Positions 9,333 through 17,505 of a stretch of 64,000 bases of DNA are shown here, in pieces. The position numbers and the translations under genes are program-made. The DNA comes from an uncultured Verrucomicrobiae bacterium (GTDB lineage: Bacteria; Verrucomicrobiota; Verrucomicrobiia; Limisphaerales; UBA11358), in NCBI GenBank assembly GCA_963719075.1, contig CAVRAN010000004.1, forward strand, positions 2,861-66,860, given 5' to 3'. The notes under the pieces are model-generated. The model was not told the DNA's origin, did no database searches, and saw only the letters and a list, made by a program, of their open reading frames with translations. Every line of letters begins with the position of its first letter. Position 1 is the stretch's first letter.

Positions 9333-10392
9333 GTAGTTCGGCAGCGTGTCGAATGCAGCCCAGGTGCCGAGCAAATTTTCATCCGTGTAAATTTTATCAG
9401 TCAAGCCGCCGGTCACTGTGCCGCATCAGCGACATCGCCACCCGGCTGGCCACACCACCGCGCGCCAGATTGGTTCCGAACGTATGCCGGAGCGAATGGA
9501 ACACCGCTTTGCGGCCAATGGCATCTTTTGGCGCAATACCTGCTTTAATCAGATCGCGGCGAAACCGTTCGATGCGTGGAATACTCTTGAAGACCGATTC
9601 AGTATCCAAAACACCGCAGGCTTTGAGCTTATCAAGCTCATCCACCAATTCAGAAAGCAGGCGCATTTCCGCCGACTTGCCATTCTTGGTTGTGGACGCA
9701 CGCACTTTCACAAACGGCGTGACTGCGTCCAGATGCAAGTCGCCCCAAGTGAGCGCCGCCAGTTCCGAACTGCGCAGCCCAGTGTGAACCGCCATCAAAT
9801 AAACCGGCTTGCGTTCACCGGCCACCGCCAGCAGTCGCAACATTTCATCGTCGCTTAACGCCCGGATTTCCTCTGCCCGGCCATCTTTTGTTTTGGCCTT
9901 TTCAACCGACAACAGGGGATTGGAACCGGCGCGACCAAGCTTCATCATCCAGTTAAAAAAGCAGCGTGCTGCTTCCAAATAATCATTGGCCGTCTTGTCT
10001 TTTAATTCTCGATGCGTTCGCAGCCATGCTTGAAACGAATCCGCCGTGACATCCTTTGCAAAATTCCAGCCACAATCGGCAATCAGTTTACCGATGCGAA
10101 ATTCAATGTTCGCCAGATATTTTTCAGATTTGCCACGCCGACCCAGATCGCCCACAAAATCCTGCAAATGTTCCGTCAGTTTTCGTTGTGCGGCATCGCG
10201 CACGGCCTTGGGCGGAATGAATCCCGCGCGTTCGTGTTCTTTTTCCCGGAGCAGTTCGGCGCGCTTCTTTTCGGCCACTGATTTGTCCGAGGTGCCGAGC
10301 GACACGTCTTGAATTTTGCCGTCTTCCGGGCGCTGGCGGAATTTCCAGCGCCAGATTCGTGAGCCTTTAGGTTTGAAAATTGTGTTTATCAT
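9333..10392 (-). pseudogene. int: tyrosine recombinase (phage-type integrase), frame break just before the catalytic Tyr; 3' end approximate
   Basis: ORF 9397..10392 carries TGLRSSELAALTWGDL (catalytic Arg region) and HSLRHTFGTNLARGG (HxxR) and stops at ...MRHSDRRLD. The next frame (ORF 9108..9416) continues LTDKIYTDENLLGTWAAFDTLP and contains the expected nucleophile Tyr. Confidence 0.85.
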
Positions 10393-10559
10393 ATTCCACC
10401 ACCATTCATAATTGCTTGCACTTCGCTTAAACGAAAACGAACTCCGGCAACTTTTACGCGCGTTAGGCGACCAGTATTGACCAGCCGATCAACCGTGCGC
10501 AAGGAGCAGGCAAGCATTGCTGCCACCTCCTTTTTCTTTAATAGATTTTCGGTCGTCAT
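10389..10559 (-). CDS. excisionase/AlpA-like helix-turn-helix DNA-binding protein (56 aa; below the track length cutoff)
   Basis: Hand translation gives MTTENLLKKKEVAAMLACSLRTVDRLVNTGRLTRVKVAGVRFRLSEVQAIMNGGGI. Its stop overlaps the integrase ATG (ATGA at 10389-10392). Its ATG overlaps the upstream ORF stop (ATGA at 10556-10559). Confidence 0.65.
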   Translation of the reverse strand: MTTENLLKKKEVAAMLACSLRTVDRLVNTGRLTRVKVAGVRFRLSEVQAIMNGGGI

Positions 10560-10780
10560 TGCTTTTTCAATGTAACATTCACATCACCAGCGTCAAACTC
10601 CGCAACATCAGACCAGTCTTCGTCTGGATTGCGCGCTTGTGGCGGAACAGCCGACAGGTAGGCTCTGTAAACAGCACTGTGATCTGTTTCAATCCCTTTT
10701 TCCTCAAACCAATCGGCAATCGCTCGGAACGTAAATTTCTTTTCTTCGCGCAAAGTGTTGATGATTGCGATGAAATCCAT
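10556..10780 (-). CDS. small hypothetical protein (74 aa), first of the coupled trio with the excisionase-like ORF and integrase
   Basis: MDFIAIINTLREEKKFTFRAIADWFEEKGIETDHSAVYRAYLS... The internal ATG of track ORF 10556..10855 was chosen as start. Confidence 0.45.
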   Translation of the reverse strand: MDFIAIINTLREEKKFTFRAIADWFEEKGIETDHSAVYRAYLSAVPPQARNPDEDWSDVAEFDAGDVNVTLKKQ

Positions 10781-10931
10781 GAGTAAGACACGCTTCGGGT
10801 TCCTTCTTGGCTTCAGCCAGCAACACATCCGGCAGCGGACAATCGGATTGAACAACAGCCATAACAGGCACTTTGTCAGCTTTCGCTTTCGCAGCAGCCG
10901 CAGGCTTTGATTTTGAGTTGCGATTTTTCAT
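10704..10931 (-). CDS. small Lys/Ala-rich hypothetical protein (75 aa); overlaps the next ORF out of frame, so possibly the N-terminal part of it after an indel
   Basis: ATG 10931 lies 9 nt downstream of a good -10 hexamer (essentially leaderless). The sequence begins MKNRNSKSKPAAAAKAKADKVPV... Confidence 0.35.
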   Translation of the reverse strand: MKNRNSKSKPAAAAKAKADKVPVMAVVQSDCPLPDVLLAEAKKEPEACLTHGFHRNHQHFARRKEIYVPSDCRLV

Positions 10932-10940
10932 ATGTGAAAG

Positions 10941-10968
10941 AATATAAACGAACAGAACGAACAGTCAA
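10941..10968 (-). promoter_or_regulatory. sigma70-like promoter TTGACT-N16-TATATT with tandem CTGTTCGTT repeats in the spacer (candidate operator) for the small-ORF/excisionase/integrase operon
   Basis: The minus strand reads TTGACTGTTCGTTCTGTTCGTTTATATTctttcacatATG. The hexamers and spacing were read directly. Promoter use in this phylum is assumed, not shown. Confidence 0.4.
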
Positions 10969-11212
10969 TAATAAATATGAAACAAAAATTAACTTGGAAC
11001 AAAACGGCAAGTGACAGGCATCAAGACTTCCGGCCAGACTGCAAGGATTCCGTCAGGCCAAAAGACTTGGTGCCGGGATTATTTTAGTGCGACCAAAGCG
11101 GCGTTGCATTTCTCCAAGACGCAAAAGGCGATCTTTCCGAACCGCAACGCCGCTTCCGTCGCAGAGACGGAAATTGACGCCGCCAGATTTCCCGCGCACA
11201 CTGTCGCGCGGG

Positions 11213-11590
11213 ATGAACCAGCTCTATTACGGCGACAATCTCCAAGTCCTCCGCGAGCACCTTGCGGACGAATCCGTTGACCTCATCTATCTCGACCCGC
11301 CTGCGTGGACGAAGCCACTCCGTCGCGGCGAAGGCCCGCCGTTCAATTCCAAGCGTGATTACAATCTGCTCTTCAAATCTCCAAAGGTAGGGTCGTCGCG
11401 CTGCGACGACCGGACGACGCAGCGCGCCGTCCCTACCACCGATTATTCAGAAGCACAGATTGAAGCGTTCGAGGACACCTGGCATTGGAACCAGCAGGCC
11501 GAACGCGAATTTGACGAACTCCTGCACCAGCCCAACACCGACGTGGCGGAAATCCCAAGAAATGTATGCCGACATTTGCTGAATACTTAG
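11213..11590 (+). pseudogene. N-terminal stump of an N6/N4 DNA methyltransferase, truncated and carrying in-frame repeat insertions
   Basis: MNQLYYGDNLQVLREHLADESVDLIYLDPP...FNSKRDYNLLFKSPK...SEAQIEAFEDTWHWNQQAEREF is the typical N-terminus of DPPY-class methylases. The catalytic and SAM-binding remainder is missing. The frame ends at 11590 inside the start of the helicase gene. Confidence 0.75.
11386..11437. repeat. 52-nt GC-rich palindromic element inserted in frame in the methyltransferase stump
   Basis: GGTAGGGTCGTCGCGCTGCGACGACC / GGACGACGCAGCGCGCCGTCCCTACC. The two halves are near-perfect reverse complements. It is translated as VGSSRCDDRTTQRAVPTT between conserved FKSPK and DYSEAQ. 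Confidence 0.7.
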
Positions 11591-14500
11591 AAAAGTGGCT
11601 TAAACAGTCCACTGCACAGGGATTGACCAATCCCTTGGTCAAAATGCCGGTGAAACGGTTTCGCTTTTTGCAGCCGGATGAATTTAGCTCTATCGCCAAT
11701 GGAGGTTCGCTGATTATCGGGACGATGTCCGAACCAATTGCTCGCAATCTTCAAAAAAATTATCTAACACGAATCCGCGAGCGCGGCGAACATTGTGCAT
11801 TCGTTTGTTCTGGCTCTGTGGAAATGATTGTGGCTGGCGGGACGGACGGTAAACAACGCAAGCAACTTTTTCCTGTTTGCCTGAAACGTGCTTCATTTCA
11901 AACGAGCGGCGACAGAATCAAGGCGGTCGTTGACGAAGATGACGTTTGGCAATTCAATCCGGTGTTACAGGCGCATCTTCGCGGATTGACGATTACAGTT
12001 CCCGAATCTGTGATGGACAATCCGGTTTTAGCAACCAACTGGGTCAAAGCGCAATTAGGCAATCGTGCATCGCAAGTGACAAGCGACGGCTACGTTGGTC
12101 TTTTCAGCAGCCAGCAAATGGTTGTCCAAAATCGTTTGAGTGATCCGCCGCTACGTCAGGCATTGGCAAAAAATCCAGTCATTCAATCAAAAGTTTCAGG
12201 AAACAAAATTGCAGCCGTTGACCTTGGAGAAATCAGTGATGATGGTTTGGAAGAACTTGGGCTGGCTTTGCCCTGCGATGATAGTCAATTGCGAGTGGTT
12301 CAACTTTCAGACACCGGACATTCGCTTCAAGTTGAAGGGCCTCCCGGCACTGGCAAATCACAGACCATCGCCAACATCATCAGCAATGCGCTCTACAAGG
12401 AGAAAAACGTGTTGCTGGTTTGCGATAAAAAAGCGGCCATTGTTCAAGTCGAAGAACGCTTGTCGAATGTCGGGCTGAATCCGGCGATGCTGAATCTTCA
12501 CGACGAAGATTTGGATAAGCGAGAATTTCTGAAACAAGCCACGAGCAAGTTTCAAGCGGGACATACCGCACGTTTTTATCCATTCACTCAATTGCAAGAA
12601 GCACGCAAGACCCTCAATGAGCGTGTGAAGTTTGGGCGCGAAATTGTTCATTCGTCGTTGCAAGTAATGAAACGCGAAGCGTTGGCAGGAATGATTCAGT
12701 TGAAAAAAGAATTGAAAAACGTCCCCAACATTTCGATTGCAAATTGGCAGTCACTTTCAAAAGAACGGCTCACGAAATTACTCGGCTGCCTTGGCGAATG
12801 GCCTGACCTTGCAGAAATTTTGACGGATAACAAAAACATTTGGAATAAAGTCCGAGCGGAAAGTTTTGACGAAAATCCAAACGCCACGAATGAATTGCAA
12901 ATCTTGGCGCAAAAAATCTTGGCACAGATTGAATCGCTTCAAGTTGCAAAAGAATGGGCGGCGGCTGTCGGGATTGAACTTCTGCTTAACTCCGATGAAA
13001 ATGTTGCAAAGGTTGTCGCGCTTGTAATGACGGTTTTGGATAAGCCAATTTGCCACCCAAAACTCATTGGAAATTTGCAAGTCAGCTTGAAAGAAGTTGA
13101 ACACTTAAACTCACAATGGAAACGCCGCGAAAAAGTTGTTGCCGCTCGGCATCCTGTTTCGCTCGAAGAAGTTTATTCAGCAGACGTGAAACATGAGGCG
13201 GAAGCATTGCTCGCTACTGAAGGTGCAAAGTCGTGGGAAGATTTATCGAAGCGCGACAATTTTCACAAAGACAGGCACAACGAAATTGAAACAAATCAAA
13301 AAAACTATCGCCGACTTTGCGATCAAATCGGCTTGGTTTATTCGCCCTTAATTAAAACTCGCCGCGCACAATTGCAAGCTGTCATATCAATTGCATCTTT
13401 CGGAACAACGATTCCGCGAGCTTGGTGGAAAGCAGACACAACACCAGTTCTAACAGTCGCCGGATGGAAAGCGCACTTTCAAGCGTGTGCGACTCACGCC
13501 AAAAATTCCCCGCTGCCTTTGCATTTCGTCGCATTGGAGCGTGTGGCGGGAACTCATTGGCAACACGTCGAGTCAAAAGCAGAACACGGCTTCAATCTTG
13601 TGAGCTATTGTTTTAATTTCGTAAATGACCGCAAATGTAAATATGCCCTTCGCCAAGTTTTCCCCGCAATTCCGACGCGCGGTTTTAAGCAATGGCCGGA
13701 AGTTACGCTCCATGCGACGACTGCATTTCATACGGTTAAATCTTTGCGGACGGCGGCAGAGTCGCACGTTGTTCTGAAACAATTGAGTTCTGCTTATCTC
13801 GCCGTAGCGCATGAAAACGCTGACCACGTTGAAAATTATCTTTCGCGCGATGATGTCCGCGCATTGGAGAAAGTTGCCGCGATTGTGGAGCAGGTGCGTG
13901 AAAGAAATGATTTGTTCGAGGTAAGCAACACGCATTGGCAGACGTTTTGGGAATCTGTCAACGCAAGCTTGTTGGCAAGTGTAGAAAGTCTGCTGTTGGA
14001 TTTGGACACGCTGGTTTTGCCAGAAAAACAAACGGACGATTTAGAAGAAGCATTGAAGTTTTATGACGCTTCACGGCAACGCATCCAAAAGTTTATTCAA
14101 AGCTATGAAAAGCAAGAAGGCGACAGAAACAATTCCGTCATGGCTGCATTTGTCGCTCAAAAAGAATTTGCCAGTTGCCAAGAGCAACTCACGCCGTTGC
14201 CAAAATATTTAGAGTTATCACCACACAATCAAACCTCGCCTGATTGGAAATGGCTGCATGAAATTATTGCGTGGCGGGATTTATTTGAGCGTCTGCGCGG
14301 CCAGCAAAAATTGGACATTGATAGTTCGCTTTGGGCGAAGCTGCGAGACCGTTTGGAAAGTCACCAAGCCGCGATGAAGCAAGATTATGTCAGTTTGGAA
14401 AATCTTTTTGACGGCTGCACTTCAAACTTGTCTGATTACGATTCACTCACGGCACTTATCGCTGAAATTTTGGGCGAGTTGCCTCGGCATCCGTTGTGGT

Positions 14501-16197
14501 TGCAAAAGAAACACTGGCAGGAAAAGATTTCAGCGTTTCCCGAAATCAAGGCTTTGTGGAACAAGGTTCTCGAAAGCACCGTGCGGCCACAGCAAGCACA
14601 GCGATTGTTCTGTTTCAATTTGCTGCGGTTGTGTGATCCCGTGGCAAAACCACATGGTCCTGAATTCAAACAGACACTTCACAATTTCGTTGAGCGCGAT
14701 GAAAAACTGGCTTCGTGGATAATTGACCACATGAAAGCTAACCTGCGCGGAAAGATGGACAAGGCTGCTGATGGTGCAGCCCAAAGCGAATCTGAACTCC
14801 GTCGGCTTGCCGGATTGCAGCGGATTCGTGGCACAGTCCGCGAATTGGCAAATGCACATTTGGATTATCTACTCACGGCGAAACCTTGCTGGCTGATGAG
14901 TCCAACATCTTTAGCCAACTTGATTGACTCGAAAATTTTTGACGAGCATGGCGTTCCTTTTGACTTGGTGATTTTCGACGAAGCTTCGCAGATTCGCGTG
15001 CTGGACGGCTTGCTCTCAATGGCTTTCGGCAAACAAGTAATTATCGTCGGTGATAAAAATCAATTGCCGCCAACAGATTTCTTTGCTGGCTTCGCAACGC
15101 CAGAAGCCGAGGCAGAAGATTTTGGAGTTAGCGAAAGTTTGTTGGAAGAATTCGGCGGCGTATTCGAGGAAGATAAAACGCAAGTAATGTTGATGTCCCA
15201 CTATCGCAGCGAAACACCTGACCTCATTCGTTTTTCCAACGATTGGTTTTATGCCGAAAAACTTGAAATGTATCCGCCAGCGCACGTCACCGGCATTGGC
15301 CGTCGGTTGCATTACATTTCAACGGCAATTTATTCTGAATCCGGCCAGCGAAATAATCCGGCAGAAGCCAAAGAGGTTGTCAAACTTATCGAACTTCACG
15401 TCCGCGAGCATCCTGAAAAATCTCTTGGCGTTGTCACGATGAACATTTCGCAGATGGAGCTTATTGAAGAACTTTTGCTGGTTGTTTCCGAGCAGGTTCG
15501 CGCTTTCTGCTCTGACGAATCAAAATTCTTTCTACGAAATTTGGAAACCGTGCAAGGCGATGAAATGGATCGAATCATCTTGAGCCTGACTTACGGAAAA
15601 AATGCCAGCGGACAATTCAACGCATCCGTGCTTGGCCCGTTGAACAAAAGCGGCGGGGAACGTCGTTTGAATGTTGCAATCACTCGCTCGCGGAATGGAA
15701 TGACAATTGTTTCTTCGCTGAAAGTTGCAGACCTTGAACAGTCGAGCGCACAGAGCCGAGGTTTCAATTGTCTAAAAGATTTTCTCGCAGAATTGGAAAA
15801 CACGGAACAAGCCCGGACGTTCGGAATCGGCAGCAAAAAATTCGAGCGGAAAAATGATGGTGTTTCAAACATCGTTTATTGCGAATCGCCATTTGAGGAG
15901 CAAGTCGTCGAATTTTTGGAAAACGAAGGCTACGACATCGAATGTCAATATGGAGCTGGCAAATTCCGGCTCGACATCATCGTCAAAGAACGTGGCAAAA
16001 ATCTTCTCGCCATCGAATGCGACGGTGCGGCTTACCACAGTTCTCTCGTCGCAAGAACACGCGACAGGGCAAGGCAGCGAGTTCTTGAAAAACTAGGTTG
16101 GAAAATTCACCGCGTCTGGAGCACAAATTGGTGGCATTTCGAGCAACAAGAAAAGGAAGGCATCGTTGCTGCAATTAACTCTGCACGCATGAAATAA
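11566..16197 (+). CDS. 1543-aa SF1 (Upf1/DNA2-like) helicase with DUF4011-like N-terminus, very long insertion between motifs I and II, and C-terminal restriction-endonuclease-like (DUF559/Vsr-fold) domain
   Basis: Walker A VEGPPGTGKSQT (~12338-12361), FDLVIFDEASQ (~14965-14990), IIVGDKNQLPPT, MSHYRSETPDLIRFSN, VQGDEMDRIILS and ERRLNVAITRSR are all present. The C-terminus is YDIECQYGAGKFRLDIIVKERGKNLLAIECDGAAYH...LGWKIHRVWSTNWW. The ORF is uninterrupted and is clearly AT-richer than the flanks. Confidence 0.85.
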   Translation: MPTFAEYLEKWLKQSTAQGLTNPLVKMPVKRFRFLQPDEFSSIANGGSLIIGTMSEPIARNLQKNYLTRIRERGEHCAFVCSGSVEMIVAGGTDGKQRKQLFPVCLKRASFQTSGDRIKAVVDEDDVWQFNPVLQAHLRGLTITVPESVMDNPVLATNWVKAQLGNRASQVTSDGYVGLFSSQQMVVQNRLSDPPLRQALAKNPVIQSKVSGNKIAAVDLGEISDDGLEELGLALPCDDSQLRVVQLSDTGHSLQVEGPPGTGKSQTIANIISNALYKEKNVLLVCDKKAAIVQVEERLSNVGLNPAMLNLHDEDLDKREFLKQATSKFQAGHTARFYPFTQLQEARKTLNERVKFGREIVHSSLQVMKREALAGMIQLKKELKNVPNISIANWQSLSKERLTKLLGCLGEWPDLAEILTDNKNIWNKVRAESFDENPNATNELQILAQKILAQIESLQVAKEWAAAVGIELLLNSDENVAKVVALVMTVLDKPICHPKLIGNLQVSLKEVEHLNSQWKRREKVVAARHPVSLEEVYSADVKHEAEALLATEGAKSWEDLSKRDNFHKDRHNEIETNQKNYRRLCDQIGLVYSPLIKTRRAQLQAVISIASFGTTIPRAWWKADTTPVLTVAGWKAHFQACATHAKNSPLPLHFVALERVAGTHWQHVESKAEHGFNLVSYCFNFVNDRKCKYALRQVFPAIPTRGFKQWPEVTLHATTAFHTVKSLRTAAESHVVLKQLSSAYLAVAHENADHVENYLSRDDVRALEKVAAIVEQVRERNDLFEVSNTHWQTFWESVNASLLASVESLLLDLDTLVLPEKQTDDLEEALKFYDASRQRIQKFIQSYEKQEGDRNNSVMAAFVAQKEFASCQEQLTPLPKYLELSPHNQTSPDWKWLHEIIAWRDLFERLRGQQKLDIDSSLWAKLRDRLESHQAAMKQDYVSLENLFDGCTSNLSDYDSLTALIAEILGELPRHPLWLQKKHWQEKISAFPEIKALWNKVLESTVRPQQAQRLFCFNLLRLCDPVAKPHGPEFKQTLHNFVERDEKLASWIIDHMKANLRGKMDKAADGAAQSESELRRLAGLQRIRGTVRELANAHLDYLLTAKPCWLMSPTSLANLIDSKIFDEHGVPFDLVIFDEASQIRVLDGLLSMAFGKQVIIVGDKNQLPPTDFFAGFATPEAEAEDFGVSESLLEEFGGVFEEDKTQVMLMSHYRSETPDLIRFSNDWFYAEKLEMYPPAHVTGIGRRLHYISTAIYSESGQRNNPAEAKEVVKLIELHVREHPEKSLGVVTMNISQMELIEELLLVVSEQVRAFCSDESKFFLRNLETVQGDEMDRIILSLTYGKNASGQFNASVLGPLNKSGGERRLNVAITRSRNGMTIVSSLKVADLEQSSAQSRGFNCLKDFLAELENTEQARTFGIGSKKFERKNDGVSNIVYCESPFEEQVVEFLENEGYDIECQYGAGKFRLDIIVKERGKNLLAIECDGAAYHSSLVARTRDRARQRVLEKLGWKIHRVWSTNWWHFEQQEKEGIVAAINSARMK

Positions 16198-16232
16198 AAA
16201 TTGGCATCAAGTTGCAAAGTCTTCCAATTGTT

Positions 16233-16631
16233 ATGAACGTTGAAATCATCTTTGAAGTTTGCCATGCGACGCTCGGCGGCACGATGTCGTTCCCTGATGC
16301 GGTCGGCAAATTGATGGGCGCGGGTGTGGAGTATTATCACGTGGATTATGTGCGGCTGCGCAAGACGTGTTACAGCGCGGAGGGCCGGACGGTGACGGTG
16401 CCCATCGCGTTCGACGCTTTGCCGCCGGTCGCGCCGGAGCTGGACGCGGCGGCGTTGCGCGCGAACATCCTGGACAGCCAGCGCAACGGGCAGCCGTTCC
16501 GCGAGTTCACGCGCCGAGCGATGGCGGGCGGTGTGGCGGGATATTTCGCTTTTCTGCGCGGCAAGCGGGTGATGTATTTCGGGCGCAACGGCGAGCAGCA
16601 TGTGGAATGGTTTCCGGGAGCGAAGCCCTAG
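16233..16631 (+). CDS. DUF1398 (YbcV-like) family protein
   Basis: MNVEIIFEVCHATLGGTMSFPDAVGKLMGAGVEYYHVDYVRLRKTCYSAEGRTV matches my memory of the DUF1398 N-terminal pattern. The gene is very GC-rich relative to the preceding helicase gene. Confidence 0.6.
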   Translation: MNVEIIFEVCHATLGGTMSFPDAVGKLMGAGVEYYHVDYVRLRKTCYSAEGRTVTVPIAFDALPPVAPELDAAALRANILDSQRNGQPFREFTRRAMAGGVAGYFAFLRGKRVMYFGRNGEQHVEWFPGAKP

Positions 16632-16926
16632 CTGTAGTCTAACAACTCTAATACTCCGCATTTCAATGTCCACGCCATCAGACCGGTTGAAAATCTCCGC
16701 GAATCGCTTCCACTCCGAAAATTAAAGCTGCTCCGTTCCGCGACCCCGCTCCGATTTCCAACCGGACTGACGACGCCCCCACATTTGACGGAGACTGCGG
16801 AAAGTTGACTCTCCCGCGCAAAATGCCGGGGCGCGTCCAAGCCAATTTTCCGCAGACTCCGGGCAGGGTTTGAATTGTATGGGATTTTAGTAAGGTTGTT
16901 TGTCTTCGCCTTTTTTACGCCCGCCA

Positions 16927-17120
16927 TCACCCCTCCGTTTGCTGCTCACTGATCCGACACCGAGCCGACATTGGAAGCGAGATCAAAAACCGCGCCAGCG
17001 TCTCCCTTTTGCCCTTTCCGCCACTGTCACGGTTTTAGCTTTCGCTGACAGTTGAACGCGCTACCGCGCACGGCTCGCTGTCTCCCCCATCTGTGAAGCG
17101 AGCAGCAAACGGCAGGGTGA
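16927..17120. repeat. long-range inverted repeat (19 of 21 nt) enclosing about 150 nt of non-coding DNA
   Basis: TCACCCCTCCGTTTGCTGCTC (16927-16947) pairs with GAGCAGCAAACGGCAGGGTGA (17100-17120). An internal 7-bp hairpin ACTGTCA...TGACAGT is present. Confidence 0.6.
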
Positions 17121-17145
17121 CGGACAGCGGTTTCAAAAAAAAGCT

Positions 17146-17505
17146 ATGAAAACAACAAATTCAACAATTGAAGCGTCAGCTCCAGCGAATGTCCGGCCAT
17201 CGTCGGTTTCAAAACATCAGATGAACCGTGGATTGTCCACGGAGGCGGTCTTGAATTGCTTGCGGACAAAGTTGCCACAGCAATACGAACTGGCGGAGGT
17301 TGTCGGCAAATGGGTTTGGCTCGACGTGTCGCCAGCGCGGAAGCCGATGCTGGCAAAGCTGCTTTGGTCTTTGGGCTTTCACTGGAATCAACGGCGCGGC
17401 GTCTGGCAGCATCCGTGCGGCAAGTTTGACCCGCTCGGCAGTCATCCCACCGACCCGCGCGCCAAGTATCGCTCTTACTTCCCCGCCGACGTGTTGCCGG
17501 CCTGA
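17146..17505 (+). CDS. hypothetical protein (119 aa) with GKWVWLD...LGFHWNQRRGVWQHPCG motif
   Basis: ATG-started ORF. The motif resembles small proteins I associate with plasmids and integrative elements (memory only, no family name). Confidence 0.5.
   Translation: MKTTNSTIEASAPANVRPSSVSKHQMNRGLSTEAVLNCLRTKLPQQYELAEVVGKWVWLDVSPARKPMLAKLLWSLGFHWNQRRGVWQHPCGKFDPLGSHPTDPRAKYRSYFPADVLPA

Noticed and set aside
9108-9416. 102-aa ORF overlapping the tRNA-Asp gene.
   Set aside because: Its first ~25 codons are the displaced C-terminus of the integrase, including the catalytic Tyr. The rest is read-through across the inverted repeat and the antisense of the tRNA (GGARTRN is the T-arm), not a separate gene.
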